Source: an uncultured Sphingomonadaceae bacterium (GTDB lineage: Bacteria; Pseudomonadota; Alphaproteobacteria; Sphingomonadales; Sphingomonadaceae). From it: 64,000 nt of DNA. Every line of letters starts with the position of its first letter. Position 1 is the first letter of the stretch. The notes under the pieces were generated by a model. That model was given only the letters and a program-made list of their open reading frames with translations. It had not been told where the DNA came from and searched no databases. A program made the translations under genes and the position numbers. This document shows, piece after piece, positions 1-9,709 of the stretch. The DNA lies in NCBI GenBank assembly GCA_964246315.1, contig CAXTPT010000011.1, positions 1,228 to 65,227 on the forward strand. Reading direction: 5' to 3'.

Positions 1-90
1 GGCGGCGCTGGGGGAACTCGACGAGGCCGGCCGCACCGCAGCGCGTGCCGACTATGCGTTCGTGCTCGCGCAATTGGGCGCGTGCGATGC

Positions 91-819
91 CTAGAGATTG
101 CCGAAATCGCGCTCGAAACCGCGCAGGCTGGCGCCGCCATCGACGAACAGGGTTTGCCCAGTGACCGACTTCGCGCCCGCGAAATAAAGCACGGCATCGG
201 CGATGTCGCCGGGGGACGGCAAAAGCTTGAGCGGCATCGATGCGCGGGTCCGCGTCAGGACCGTCTCGTCGTGCGCCGGGGACGGCAGGGTCAGGCCCGG
301 CGCGACGGCATTGACGCGCCATCTCGGCGCCAGTGCCACCGCCAGTGTCCGCGTCGCAGCCGCAAGCGCAGTCTTGCTCAGCGAATAGCTCAGCTGATCG
401 GGCACCGGGTTGCGAATCCGCTGATCGAGGATGTTGATCACGCTCCCCTCCCCGCCACGCCGCGCGAGCGCGAGAGCCAGCGCCTGCGGGGCGAGCGCAT
501 TGACGGCATGATAGCGCTGCAGGCTTTCGGCGTTGGCGGTGGCGGCATCGTCATCAGCGAACAGCGATGCGCAATTGATCAGCAGCGACGGCGCGTGACC
601 GAACGCCGTTTCGACCTGCGGGATCAGCGCTTCGACCGCGGGCGGATCGCCGAGATCGGCGGTGAAGCCGCGCCATTCGACAAGCGCTGCGGTCAGTTCT
701 TGCTCTGGTTCGGCGGTATGATGGCTGTGGAGAGCGAGCGTCCAGCCGTCCCGCGCCAGCGCCGCCGCGATGGCCGCGCCGATGCGCCGGTAGCCCCCGG
801 TGACCAGCGCCAGCTTCAC
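91..819 (-). CDS. SDR family oxidoreductase (pteridine reductase/FolM-like)
   Basis: TGGYRRIG Rossmann motif, YSLSK catalytic YxxxK, VNAVAPG; overlaps folB by 4 nt. Confidence 0.85.
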   Translation of the reverse strand: MKLALVTGGYRRIGAAIAAALARDGWTLALHSHHTAEPEQELTAALVEWRGFTADLGDPPAVEALIPQVETAFGHAPSLLINCASLFADDDAATANAESLQRYHAVNALAPQALALALARRGGEGSVINILDQRIRNPVPDQLSYSLSKTALAAATRTLAVALAPRWRVNAVAPGLTLPSPAHDETVLTRTRASMPLKLLPSPGDIADAVLYFAGAKSVTGQTLFVDGGASLRGFERDFGNL

Positions 820-1184
820 GGGCGATGCCTGACGCGGCGAATGCCGATCGATTCGCCGCCTTCGGCGATCGCCAGCTTGACGATGCGGATATCGACCCGG
901 CGGACGCGCGCATCGGAGTCGAACAGGGCGTCGGCGATGTGGTCCGCAACGGCCTCGACCAAGGTGAAATGCTGCCCCGCGGGCAATCCGGTGACCGCGC
1001 GCTTGAGATCCATATAGTTTTTCGATGCATGCAGCGGCGTGTCGGGTCCGAACCGGCCAGCGACGTCGAGGTCGACAGTGATCGAAATCCGCAGCGGCTG
1101 CGGCAAGTGCGTTTCTTCCGAAAAAATACCGGTCAGGACCGGCACTTCGAGATCGTGCACTTCGAGTTGGAGCAGATCGTTCAT
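816..1184 (-). CDS. folB: Dihydroneopterin aldolase
   Basis: GIFSEE..PQPLRISI, NYMDLK, FTLVEAVADHIA, IVKL; 122 aa. Confidence 0.85.
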   Translation of the reverse strand: MNDLLQLEVHDLEVPVLTGIFSEETHLPQPLRISITVDLDVAGRFGPDTPLHASKNYMDLKRAVTGLPAGQHFTLVEAVADHIADALFDSDARVRRVDIRIVKLAIAEGGESIGIRRVRHRP

Positions 1185-1243
1185 TGCGCGGCGCGCTTAG
1201 ACGCTTCCATTACGCGCGCCAATCGTTATGGGCGCGCGCCCTC

Positions 1244-1738
1244 ATGTCCGTTCGTATCGCCCCATATGCCGACGCCGAGCCGTCCCAGGTCGAAGCGCTG
1301 CTCGATGCCGCCTTCGGCGCGGACCGCCGCCAGCGCACGGCGTACAAATTGCGCGAAGGGTTGACGCCGCTGCCGGCGCTGAGCTTCGCGGCGTTCGACG
1401 AAGGGCAGCCCGTCGGCATCTTGCAGAGCTGGCCCATCGCGCTCGATCACAGGCCGTTGGTACTGGTCGGACCGGTCGCGGTCTTGCCCGATCTCCAGCA
1501 GGGCGGGATTGGCCGCGCGATGATGAGCGCCCTGATCGCGGCGGCGGGCGAGCAGCCGATGGCGATGATCGGCGACCCTGAATATTATGGCCGCTTTTTC
1601 GGCTTTACCGCCGATGCGACGGCTGAGTGGCAATTGCCCGGGCCGGTCGAGCGGCGGCGCTTGCTGGCCAAACATGCCGGCCATCTCGCGCGGCCTGGCC
1701 TGCTGCACGCCTTTACGCCGGAAGCCTTGTCAGCCTAG
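1244..1738 (+). CDS. GNAT family N-acetyltransferase
   Basis: GPVAVLPDLQQGGIGRAMM acetyl-CoA motif, GDPEYYGRFFGF; start moved to ATG 1244. Confidence 0.85.
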   Translation: MSVRIAPYADAEPSQVEALLDAAFGADRRQRTAYKLREGLTPLPALSFAAFDEGQPVGILQSWPIALDHRPLVLVGPVAVLPDLQQGGIGRAMMSALIAAAGEQPMAMIGDPEYYGRFFGFTADATAEWQLPGPVERRRLLAKHAGHLARPGLLHAFTPEALSA

Positions 1739-1747
1739 GCACAGCTC

Positions 1748-2311
1748 ATGCCGATGTCGCCGCCCCCCGATCTCGACACCATGTCGCTGGCAGAGGTCGC
1801 CAAGGCCCTCGCCGAAAAGCGCCTGCCGCCAGTTGAAAAATGGCATCCGGCGCATTGCGGCGACAGCGAGATGCGCATCGCGCGCGATGGTACCTGGTTC
1901 CATCAGGGCACGCCGATCGACCGTGCGGCGATGGTCGCGCTGTTTTCGACCATCCTGCGGCGCGAGGCGGACGGCGGCTATGTGCTCGTCACGCCCGGCG
2001 AGAAGCTCGACATCGAGGTGGAGGATGCCCCCTTTATCGCGGTCGAGGTCAAGAGCGAGAGCGCGGGGCGTGAGCGGCGGCTGGCGTTCCGGCTTAATAC
2101 CGGCGACCTCGTGGTCGCGGATGCCGATCATGCGCTGCGCTTCGAGGAGCATGACGGCGAACCCCGCCCCTATCTTCATGTCCGCGCAGGTCTCGAGGCG
2201 CTGGTCGCGCGGCCGGTGTTTTACGAACTGGCCGACATGGCGCTGGACGATGGCGGCGACCCACCGGGCGTGTGGAGCGCCGGGACCTTCTTTCCGATGG
2301 CGGGCGCGTGA
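1748..2311 (+). CDS. DUF1285 domain protein
   Basis: PPVEKWHPAHCGDSEMRIARDGTWFHQG, LVTPGEKLDIEVEDAPF; usual position before the Nudix gene. Confidence 0.85.
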   Translation: MPMSPPPDLDTMSLAEVAKALAEKRLPPVEKWHPAHCGDSEMRIARDGTWFHQGTPIDRAAMVALFSTILRREADGGYVLVTPGEKLDIEVEDAPFIAVEVKSESAGRERRLAFRLNTGDLVVADADHALRFEEHDGEPRPYLHVRAGLEALVARPVFYELADMALDDGGDPPGVWSAGTFFPMAGA

Positions 2312-2889
2312 CGCTGGCCGAGCGGCTGCGCACGAGGCTGACGGAGACTGACACGGAGGCGCCACCCTTTCCGGGGGACGACAGCGCCCTGTCCCGCGGA
2401 GCCGTCCCGGCAGCGGTGCTCATCGCCATCACCGATAGGACCGAACCGGGCCTAATCCTTACCCAGCGCCCCGAAACCATGCGCCGTCACCCTGGCCAGG
2501 TCGCCTTCCCCGGCGGCCGCATCGATCCGGGCGACGCCGACCCCGTCGCCGCCGCGCTGCGCGAGGCGGAGGAGGAAATTGCGCTCGACCCTGGTAAGGT
2601 TGACGTCGTGAGTTCGCTTTCGCCTTATCTCACGATCACCGGTTTTGCCGTGACGCCCGTCGTCGGCGTAATCCCGCCCGATCTCCCTCTGGTGCCGCAT
2701 GACCGAGAGGTGGCGGCGGTGTTCGAAGTGCCTCTCGCCTTCGTGCTGGCAGCCGACAGCTGGTCCGAACAAGTGGTCATGTTCCAAGGCCGCGAACGCC
2801 GCTATCGCGAGGCGATGTGGCAGGACCGGCTAATCTGGGGCGCGACGGCGGCGATGCTTGCCAACCTTGCGGCGCGGCTGAAATGGTGA
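2308..2889 (+). CDS. CoA pyrophosphatase (Nudix hydrolase)
   Basis: HPGQVAFPGG, Nudix box ALREAEEEIAL, IWGATA; GTG start overlaps upstream stop. Confidence 0.9.
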   Translation: MTLAERLRTRLTETDTEAPPFPGDDSALSRGAVPAAVLIAITDRTEPGLILTQRPETMRRHPGQVAFPGGRIDPGDADPVAAALREAEEEIALDPGKVDVVSSLSPYLTITGFAVTPVVGVIPPDLPLVPHDREVAAVFEVPLAFVLAADSWSEQVVMFQGRERRYREAMWQDRLIWGATAAMLANLAARLKW

Positions 2890-4064
2890 GCTTGTGCGAG
2901 GGCGGCTGGCGAGCCCGGCAAAGCCTGACCGAACTGGTCACGCTGCTCGGCGGCGATGCCGAAACGCGAGCGGTCGGTGGCGCCGTGCGGGACACGCTGC
3001 TGGACTTGCCGGTGGCGGACATCGACCTGGCGACGCGGCTGATGCCCGACGAGGTGATGACACGGGTCAAGGCCAGCCGGTTCAAGGCCGTGCCGACAGG
3101 GCTCAAGCACGGCACCGTGACCGCGGTCACGCCCGACGGTCCGGTCGAAGTTACCACGCTGCGCCGGGACGTCTCGACCGATGGCCGCCATGCCGAGGTC
3201 GCGTTCACCGGCGATTGGCGTGCCGACGCCGCGCGTCGCGATTTCACGATCAACGCGCTGTACGGTGAGATCACCGATGGCGCGGTGAGCGATTATTTCG
3301 GCGGGCTGGACGATCTCCGGGCGCGACGGGTGCGTTTTATCGGTGCACCCCTGGAGCGCATCGCCGAGGATCACCTGCGCATCCTGCGCTTCTTCCGTTT
3401 CCATGCGCGTTTCGGCACGGGCGCGCCCGACGCCGAGGGTCTCGCGGCGTGCGTCGCGCGCGCGAACGACCTGATGGCGTTGTCGCGCGAACGCATTGCC
3501 AACGAGTTGCTTCGGTTGCTGGCCAGCGACGACCCCGCGCCCACTCTCCAGACGATGGTCGAGAACGGCATTTTGCGACCGGTCTTGCCCGAGATCGACA
3601 CGCGTGGGGTCGAACGGCTGGCCGGACTGGTGACGATCGAACCCGAGGCCGCGGCGATCCGCCGGCTGGCGGCACTGCTCGGCCCCGATCCGGCGCTCGC
3701 CGCGGACGTTGCCGGACGGCTGCGCCTGTCCAACACGCAGGCGAAGCGCTTGAGCGTCGCCACTGGCTGGCGCACCGGCGGCAAGCCCGAAGCACTCGCC
3801 TACCGGCTCGGCCCGGAGAGTGCTGCCGACCAGTTGCTGCTGCGCGGCGAACCCGAGGCGGCGGCAGCGCTCGCTCCGCCTCCCGCCTTGCCCTTGCGCG
3901 GTGCCGATCTGCTGGCCCGGGGCCTGTCCGGACCCGATGTCGGCCGAACGCTGAATCGGATCGAGACGGCATGGGTTGAAGCCGGATTTCCGCAGGGCGA
4001 GGATCTCGACATGCTGGTCGAGGCGGCACTGGAGCGGGTGAAGGGAATCGAACCCTCGTCGTAA
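2883..4064 (+). CDS. cca: CCA tRNA nucleotidyltransferase
   Basis: VGGAVRD, DIDLAT, TTLRRD, RRDFTINAL, EDHLRILRFFRF, SRERI; 3' end overlaps tRNA-Gly. Confidence 0.9.
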   Translation: MVSLCEGGWRARQSLTELVTLLGGDAETRAVGGAVRDTLLDLPVADIDLATRLMPDEVMTRVKASRFKAVPTGLKHGTVTAVTPDGPVEVTTLRRDVSTDGRHAEVAFTGDWRADAARRDFTINALYGEITDGAVSDYFGGLDDLRARRVRFIGAPLERIAEDHLRILRFFRFHARFGTGAPDAEGLAACVARANDLMALSRERIANELLRLLASDDPAPTLQTMVENGILRPVLPEIDTRGVERLAGLVTIEPEAAAIRRLAALLGPDPALAADVAGRLRLSNTQAKRLSVATGWRTGGKPEALAYRLGPESAADQLLLRGEPEAAAALAPPPALPLRGADLLARGLSGPDVGRTLNRIETAWVEAGFPQGEDLDMLVEAALERVKGIEPSS

Positions 4065-4103
4065 GCTTGGAAGGCTTCTGCTCTACCATTGAGCTACACC
4101 CGC
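4030..4103 (-). tRNA. tRNA-Gly(TCC)
   Basis: Reverse complement GCGGGTGTAGCTCAATGGTAGAGCAGAAGCCTTCCAAGCTTACGACGAGGGTTCGATTCCCTTCACCCGCTCCA: 74-nt cloverleaf, anticodon TCC, TTCGA T-loop, encoded CCA. Confidence 0.97.
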
Positions 4104-4137
4104 ACGCCTGCTCCGCTAAGGCGCCGGCCGCAAAGAA

Positions 4138-4497
4138 TCAATCCGCCAGCGTTCGGAACTTCGGCGGCTCCCTGCCCGTGGCCGACATGCTGACCCCAGC
4201 CTTGCCGCAACCCGCGAGGATCGCGCCAATCCCGCATTTCAGCGTGGGTGCGCTGGCGAGCCGATTGCGCTCACCCGACACGGTTTCAGCGCGCGGGTCG
4301 CCTGCCTCATAGACGATCAACGGCACACGCCATTTGTCCGCCGCGCGGCGCCCGCAAACGATGATTTCGCTCGAACTCGGCCGTGAACAGCGGTGCACCG
4401 CTACCTGCGTCATCGACTCATATTGCGTCATGGGATCGGCGTGCGCCGGCGATGGAAAGAGCAGCGCAATTCCGAGTCCCATTCTCGACAGCCTCAT
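4138..4497 (-). CDS. Hypothetical secreted protein (Cys-containing, IIVCGRR motif)
   Basis: Signal peptide ending AHA; IIVCGRR/AEGxxR-like pattern typical of sphingomonad small exported proteins. Confidence 0.65.
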   Translation of the reverse strand: MRLSRMGLGIALLFPSPAHADPMTQYESMTQVAVHRCSRPSSSEIIVCGRRAADKWRVPLIVYEAGDPRAETVSGERNRLASAPTLKCGIGAILAGCGKAGVSMSATGREPPKFRTLAD

Positions 4498-4544
4498 TGC
4501 GCTCCCCTATCGGCACGGCCAATTCTGGGGAGCTACCACATATC

Positions 4545-5528
4545 ATGACCAAAGCCAGCGCAGTGCTCGATCGCGTTCTCGTGCTCGAAATGGTCCGGGT
4601 CACTGAGGCGGCGGCAATCGCGGCCTCGACGCTGATCGGGCGGGGCGACGAAAAGGCGGCGGACGCGGCGGCAGTCGAAGCGATGCGCGCGTCGCTCAAC
4701 GAACTGGCGATGGACGGCACCGTGGTCATCGGCGAGGGCGAGCGCGACGAGGCGCCGATGCTCTATATCGGGGAGAAGGTCGGCTCGGCGCAGGGCTCGG
4801 GCCCCCGGATCGACATCGCGCTCGACCCGCTCGAAGGCACGACGATCACCGCCAAGGCGGGGCCGAACGCCCTTGCCGTGCTGGCGGTGGCAGAGGCCGG
4901 CAACCTGCTCAACGCGCCCGATGTGTATATGGACAAGCTGGCCTGCGGCCCGGGCTATCCACCCGGCGTGATCGACCTGGCGAAATCGCCGAGCGAAAAT
5001 GTCCGCGCGCTGGCCATGGCCAAGGGCGTGCAGCCGGACGAGATCATCGTCTGCGTGCTCGACCGCCCGCGCCACGAGGCGCTGATCGCCGAGCTGCGCG
5101 GGCTCGGCTGCGGCATCATGCTGATTCCCGACGGCGACGTCGCGGGCGTGATCGCCACGACCAATCCCGACACGACGATCGACCTGTATATGGGATCGGG
5201 CGGCGCGCCAGAGGGGGTGCTGGCCGCAGCGGCACTGCGCTGCGTCGGCGGGCAGTTCAAGGGGCGCCTGCTGTTCCGCAACGACGACGAACGCAGCCGC
5301 GCGCGCAAATGGGGCATCGAGGACCTCGACCATATTTATGACCTTGATGAACTGGCCAAGGGCGACTGCATTTTCGCTGCGACGGGCGTGACCGATGGCT
5401 CGCTGCTCGACGGCGTCAAGCGGTTGAAGGGCGGTCTGATGACCACGCACACCGTGGTGATGCGGGCGAGTTCGGGAACCGTGCGCTGGGTCAAGGGCGA
5501 GCACCGCAAGAGCGCGGCGCGCGACTAA
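4545..5528 (+). CDS. glpX: Class II fructose-1,6-bisphosphatase
   Basis: RVTEAAA, VVIGEGERDEAPMLYIGE, DPLEGTT, DGDVAG, GGAPEGVLAAAA. Confidence 0.95.
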   Translation: MTKASAVLDRVLVLEMVRVTEAAAIAASTLIGRGDEKAADAAAVEAMRASLNELAMDGTVVIGEGERDEAPMLYIGEKVGSAQGSGPRIDIALDPLEGTTITAKAGPNALAVLAVAEAGNLLNAPDVYMDKLACGPGYPPGVIDLAKSPSENVRALAMAKGVQPDEIIVCVLDRPRHEALIAELRGLGCGIMLIPDGDVAGVIATTNPDTTIDLYMGSGGAPEGVLAAAALRCVGGQFKGRLLFRNDDERSRARKWGIEDLDHIYDLDELAKGDCIFAATGVTDGSLLDGVKRLKGGLMTTHTVVMRASSGTVRWVKGEHRKSAARD

Positions 5529-5962
5529 AGCGCGTCTTTGAGGCGATCCAACAGCTGATGCGCCGGACTTGGCGTAGCGCTGGCCATATCAAGACTTGCA
5601 TCGAGCCGCGCGACCCGGCGGTAAAGCTCGATGCTGCCTTCGGCGAGCGCGCGGGCTTCGTCGGGCAGTCCGGCGATCGCGCCTGCCTCGCTGTCGATCG
5701 GCGTGCGCATGCGGTGCGCCTCGGCCAGCGCCTGTTGCGCCGTGATTTCGCCGGCATCGACCGCGCGCTGAGTCAAAAGCCAGGAGATGATGTGCATCAG
5801 CCGCGTCGTGATCTTGAGCGCTTCGACGCTGAACTGGACGCGGTCGAGGGCAGGCAGCGCGTCGCGCGCTGCGTGGCAGGATTCATCGAAATAGCCGCGC
5901 GCCTCGTCGCCGAGCAGCATTGCCTCGGTATATAGGCTGTCGATCAGGCGGCGTTCGAGCAT
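5525..5962 (-). CDS. rcdA: DUF1465 family protein (RcdA-like regulator of CtrA degradation)
   Basis: LYTEAMLL.DEARGYFD, ALKITTRLMHIISWLL; the upstream part of the 303-aa track ORF is spurious. Confidence 0.7.
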   Translation of the reverse strand: MLERRLIDSLYTEAMLLGDEARGYFDESCHAARDALPALDRVQFSVEALKITTRLMHIISWLLTQRAVDAGEITAQQALAEAHRMRTPIDSEAGAIAGLPDEARALAEGSIELYRRVARLDASLDMASATPSPAHQLLDRLKDAL

Positions 5963-5994
5963 CGCGGGATCGGCTTTAGCGCGAAAAATCTTGC

Positions 5995-6192
5995 CTAGGC
6001 GATAATATCGGGGATTAATTGGTCGCGAACCGCGCTGATCTGGTCCTTCAGCTGCAATTTCCGCTTCTTGAGGCGCGCCAGCGCCAGCTGGTCGGCGCTG
6101 CCCAGGAACACCATCGCATCGATCGCGGCATCGAGATCGCGATGTTCGGTGCTCAACGCCTCCAGCTTCGCGATCAGTTGCGCTTCGTCCAT
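5995..6192 (-). CDS. DUF465/YdcH family protein
   Basis: EHRDLDAAI..LARLKKRKLQLKDQI..LIPDIIA. Confidence 0.9.
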   Translation of the reverse strand: MDEAQLIAKLEALSTEHRDLDAAIDAMVFLGSADQLALARLKKRKLQLKDQISAVRDQLIPDIIA

Positions 6193-6323
6193 CGCGGTCG
6201 CGTAGCCAACGGCCCGTCGCGTGAAAAGCCCGCCTTTCCGATACGCTTACGAAATTTGTGGAGACTTTCGTCGCGGAAAGTGATCCACTCAAGGACTCGA
6301 TACTGAGCGAAGGAGACCATCTG

Positions 6324-6479
6324 ATGGACAGCGCACATGTTTCGGCACTCAACCTGAAGCACGCGGACTTTGACCGGCGGATTGCCGAGGAAGGCCGGCG
6401 GCCGCGCCCGGACAATGCGCTGATCTCAATGCTCAAGAAGCAGAAATTGAAGGTGAAGGAGGCGCTCGCGCGCCTTTGA
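6324..6479 (+). CDS. DUF465/YdcH family protein (second, divergent paralog)
   Basis: AAGGAG SD; KHADFDRRIAEE.RRPRPD...LKKQKLKVKE. Confidence 0.85.
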   Translation: MDSAHVSALNLKHADFDRRIAEEGRRPRPDNALISMLKKQKLKVKEALARL

Positions 6480-6480
6480 C

Positions 6481-6798
6481 CTAGACCGCGTTCAGGCGGG
6501 GGCGGCGCGCCTTGGTCGGGTCAACCGGCGCGGCGAACGCCATCCCCGCCCGGTTGTCCTGCGTCCAAGCAATATAGCCGGAGATTTTGCCGAGGCCGGC
6601 AATGTCCGCGACAACCGCATCATCGACTGCCAGAGGCACATTGCTCTCGACCATCATCCCGACCGCGGAAAGATTGCGCACGGTCACGGCAAAGGCGGCA
6701 TTGCCGGCACGCTTGAGCTTGGCCTCGAGCAGAAGCGTTTCACGCTCAGCCTGACGCGAATCTGCCGAAACGGCGCGGGTTGTCGTCATGCTACGCAT
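6481..6798 (-). CDS. PilZ domain protein
   Basis: RQAER (RxxxR) and NLSAVG (D/NxSxxG) c-di-GMP motifs; start could be 6789. Confidence 0.85.
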   Translation of the reverse strand: MRSMTTTRAVSADSRQAERETLLLEAKLKRAGNAAFAVTVRNLSAVGMMVESNVPLAVDDAVVADIAGLGKISGYIAWTQDNRAGMAFAAPVDPTKARRPRLNAV

Positions 6799-6844
6799 CT
6801 TGGTTGCGCGACGGGTTAGCGCAAGGGCTTATATAAAACCCTAA

Positions 6845-7291
6845 TCACTCATCGCGGGACACTTTTTCTTGTTTTTCATGGCGTTCCTGCGCCTCGACCG
6901 ACATTGTCGCGATCGGGCGGGCTTCAAGGCGACCGAGCGAGATCGGCTCGCCGGTCACCTCGCAATAGCCATATTCGCCCTCGTCGATGCGGCGTAAGGC
7001 GGCGTCGATCTTGGCGATCAGCTTGCGCTGGCGATCGCGCGTGCGCAGCTCGATCGACCAATCGGTCTCGCTCGAGGCGCGATCGGTGGCGTCGGGCTCG
7101 CGCAGCGGCTCGGACTTGAGGGTCGCCAGCGTCCCCGCGCCTTCGCGCAGGATATCGTCTTTCCAGCGCAGCAGCTTGTCACGAAAATAAGCCTGTTGCC
7201 GCGGACCCATGAACTCTTCATCGGCGCCGGGACGATAATCCGCTGGCGTGGGGACCACCGCATTACTCACAGCCGATGCCACGCCCGCCAT
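6845..7291 (-). CDS. dksA: RNA polymerase-binding protein DksA
   Basis: DATDRAS acidic tip, R.R.RKLI.KI, YGYCEVTGEPI..RLEARP.AT. Confidence 0.95.
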   Translation of the reverse strand: MAGVASAVSNAVVPTPADYRPGADEEFMGPRQQAYFRDKLLRWKDDILREGAGTLATLKSEPLREPDATDRASSETDWSIELRTRDRQRKLIAKIDAALRRIDEGEYGYCEVTGEPISLGRLEARPIATMSVEAQERHEKQEKVSRDE

Positions 7292-7414
7292 GTCCGTTCT
7301 CCGCCGGTCGCGGCCCCCGCCCTGACCTGATGCGCGCCTATAGCAGCGCCCAACGCCGAGACAAGCGACCGACTCAATCGCGCGGCGTCTGCAAAAATCG
7401 AGCTAAATGAAGGG

Positions 7415-7891
7415 TTAACGGGGCTGGCTCAGCACATCTTGTCCGGCGCGGGTGCGAATCAGGCAAAGCGCGACAAAGCGCATGACCGGCTGGTCATGCT
7501 GATTGAAGACGATGGTCTGGCTGCGGAACGAGCCCATTTCGGGCCGGCTGCGTGACGACGTCTTGCTCAGCAATTCGGTTTCGCAGCGCAAGATATCGCC
7601 CGGATAAACCGGCTTCAGCCAGCGCAATTCGTCGATCCCCGCGGCGCCGAGGCCCGCTTGCTGCTGCTGGTCCATCGCCGCCACGTTCATCGCCATGGTC
7701 ATCGCGCAAGTGTGCCAGCCCGAGGCCGACAAGCGCCCGAAATGCGTCGCCGCCGCCGCTGCATCGTCGAGATGGAAGGCTTGCGGGTCGAAGCGGGAGG
7801 CGAATTCGACAACCTCCTCGCGCGTCACCTCGTAGCGGCCGAACGACCGCTTCGCCCCGACTTCCAGATCCTCGAAATACTGCATCGGCAT
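7415..7891 (-). CDS. MaoC family dehydratase
   Basis: FEDL.VG, FA..FDPQ.FHLD, ASGWHT, LRW.KPV.PGD. Confidence 0.9.
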   Translation of the reverse strand: MPMQYFEDLEVGAKRSFGRYEVTREEVVEFASRFDPQAFHLDDAAAAATHFGRLSASGWHTCAMTMAMNVAAMDQQQQAGLGAAGIDELRWLKPVYPGDILRCETELLSKTSSRSRPEMGSFRSQTIVFNQHDQPVMRFVALCLIRTRAGQDVLSQPR

Positions 7892-7895
7892 GCCC

Positions 7896-8993
7896 TCAAA
7901 CGTTGAAGCGGAACAGCATCACGTCGCCGTCCTGCACTATGTACTCCTTGCCCTCCGAACGCAGCTTGCCGGCGTCACGCGCGCCCGCCTCGCCGCCGAG
8001 CCTGGCATAATCATCGAAGGCGATGGTTTCGGCCCGGATGAAGCCGCGTTCGAAATCGGTGTGGATCACGCCGGCGGCCTGCGGGGCCTTGGCACCCTTG
8101 GAAACGGTCCAGGCGCGCGATTCCTTGGGGCCGGCTGTGAAGAAGGTAATCAGGTCGAGCAGCGCATAGCCCGCGCGAACGACGCGATTGAGGCCGGTTT
8201 CGGTGAGACCGAGGTCGGACAGGAAGTCGGCGCGGTCATCGGGCCCGAGCGTAGCGATTTCGGCCTCGATCTCCGCGGAGACGACGACGGCTTGCGCACC
8301 CTCGGCCTTGGTACGTTGGAAGACCCGGGCGGACAAATCATTGCCTTGCGCCGCCGAGCCTTCGTCGACGTTGCAGACATAGAGCACGGGCTTGGCGGTG
8401 AGCAGTTGCGCCTGGGCGAGCGCCTTTTCCTCCTCCTCGCCATTGGCCTCGACGCCGCGCGCGGGCTTGCCGTCGCGCAGCAGGTCAAGCGCACGGCCGA
8501 GCACCGTTGCCGCCGCCTTGGCTTCCTTGTCCCCCGCTTGCCCTTTCTTGGCGAGCGCGGGGACGCGCTTTTCGAGGCTTTCGAGGTCCGCGAGCATCAG
8601 CTCGGTCTCAACCGTTTCGGCATCGGCGATCGGATCGACCTTGCCCTCGACATGCGTCACTTCGCCTTCGAAGCAGCGCAGGACGTGAACGATGGCGTCG
8701 ACTTCGCGGATGTTGCCGAGGAACTGGTTGCCCAGCCCCTCCCCGGTGGAAGCGCCGCGGACCAGCCCGGCGATGTCGACGAACGCCAGCTGGGTCTCGA
8801 CTTTCTTCTGCGACTTGTTGATCTCGGCCAGCGTGTCGAGGCGCGGATCGGGCACCGCGACCTGCCCGACATTGGGCTCGATGGTGCAGAACGGATAATT
8901 CGCCGCCTGCGCCGCCGCGGTCTCGGTCAGCGCATTGAACAGGGTGGACTTGCCGACATTGGGCAGCCCGACGATGCCGCATTTGAAACCCAT
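7896..8993 (-). CDS. ychF: Redox-regulated ATPase YchF
   Basis: [46 protein letters not shown]. Confidence 0.97.
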   Translation of the reverse strand: MGFKCGIVGLPNVGKSTLFNALTETAAAQAANYPFCTIEPNVGQVAVPDPRLDTLAEINKSQKKVETQLAFVDIAGLVRGASTGEGLGNQFLGNIREVDAIVHVLRCFEGEVTHVEGKVDPIADAETVETELMLADLESLEKRVPALAKKGQAGDKEAKAAATVLGRALDLLRDGKPARGVEANGEEEEKALAQAQLLTAKPVLYVCNVDEGSAAQGNDLSARVFQRTKAEGAQAVVVSAEIEAEIATLGPDDRADFLSDLGLTETGLNRVVRAGYALLDLITFFTAGPKESRAWTVSKGAKAPQAAGVIHTDFERGFIRAETIAFDDYARLGGEAGARDAGKLRSEGKEYIVQDGDVMLFRFNV

Positions 8994-8994
8994 A

Positions 8995-9570
8995 TCAATC
9001 CTGTTCCTGCAATCGCATGGCGACATCGTTCATGAAGCGCACGTCGTCGCCTTTGGCCAGCCACTCCGCTTCGACGGCGATGGCGGCGAGGAGATCGCTG
9101 AGCGGTTCGAGTTCGGCCTTGGCGTAATTGCCGAGGACGTAGCCCGTGACGCGGTCCTTGTGGCCCGGATGGCCGATGCCAAGGCGCACGCGGCGGAAGG
9201 CGTTGCCGATATGCGCCTCGGTCGAACGCAGGCCGTTATGGCCCGCGGTGCCGCCGCCGGTGCGGACCTTGAGCCTCATCGGCGCCAGGTCGAGTTCGTC
9301 GTGGAACACGGTCACGTCGCCGACCTCCGCCTTGTAGAAGCGCATCGCCTCGCCGACGCTCGCGCCGCTGTCGTTCATGAAGGTCTGCGGTTTCAGTAGC
9401 AGGACGGCCTCGCCGCCCACGCGGCCCTGCGCGGCCAGGGCCTTGAATTTCACGCGCCATGGATCGAAGCGGTAGCGGTCGTGGATCACGTCCGCCGCCA
9501 TGAAGCCGACATTGTGCCGCTGCATCGCGTACAGCGGACCGGGATTACCGAGGCCGACCCAGAGCTGCAT
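8995..9570 (-). CDS. pth: Peptidyl-tRNA hydrolase
   Basis: GLGNPG, RHNVGF, KPQTFMN.SG, HDELD, GHNGLRS, RLGIGHPG. Confidence 0.97.
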   Translation of the reverse strand: MQLWVGLGNPGPLYAMQRHNVGFMAADVIHDRYRFDPWRVKFKALAAQGRVGGEAVLLLKPQTFMNDSGASVGEAMRFYKAEVGDVTVFHDELDLAPMRLKVRTGGGTAGHNGLRSTEAHIGNAFRRVRLGIGHPGHKDRVTGYVLGNYAKAELEPLSDLLAAIAVEAEWLAKGDDVRFMNDVAMRLQEQD

Positions 9571-9576
9571 CAACTA

Positions 9577-9705
9577 GCCCTCCCTGCGCAGCGGGGAGGA
9601 AAATGCGAGCCGAGCGAGCGAGGGAGAGGTGAGTCGGGCCATCATCGCGAGACTCACCTCTCCCTGGCGCTGCGCGCCTGTCCCTCCCCGCTTCACAGGG
9701 AGGGC
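9577..9705. repeat. CIR/RIME-like intergenic miniature repeat (copy 1)
   Basis: 10-bp terminal IR GCCCTCCCTG/CAGGGAGGGC, terminal hairpins, perfect 15-bp central IR (9621-9635/9651-9665) with paired GANTC sites. Confidence 0.8.
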
Positions 9706-9709
9706 AAAC

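Noticed and set aside
4030-4497. tRNA-Gly as an integration site for an island
   Set aside because: No integrase and no duplicated tRNA 3' end elsewhere in the window
6805-7420. CtrA-like half sites near the PilZ gene and upstream of dksA
   Set aside because: Half-site spacing is not 7 nt
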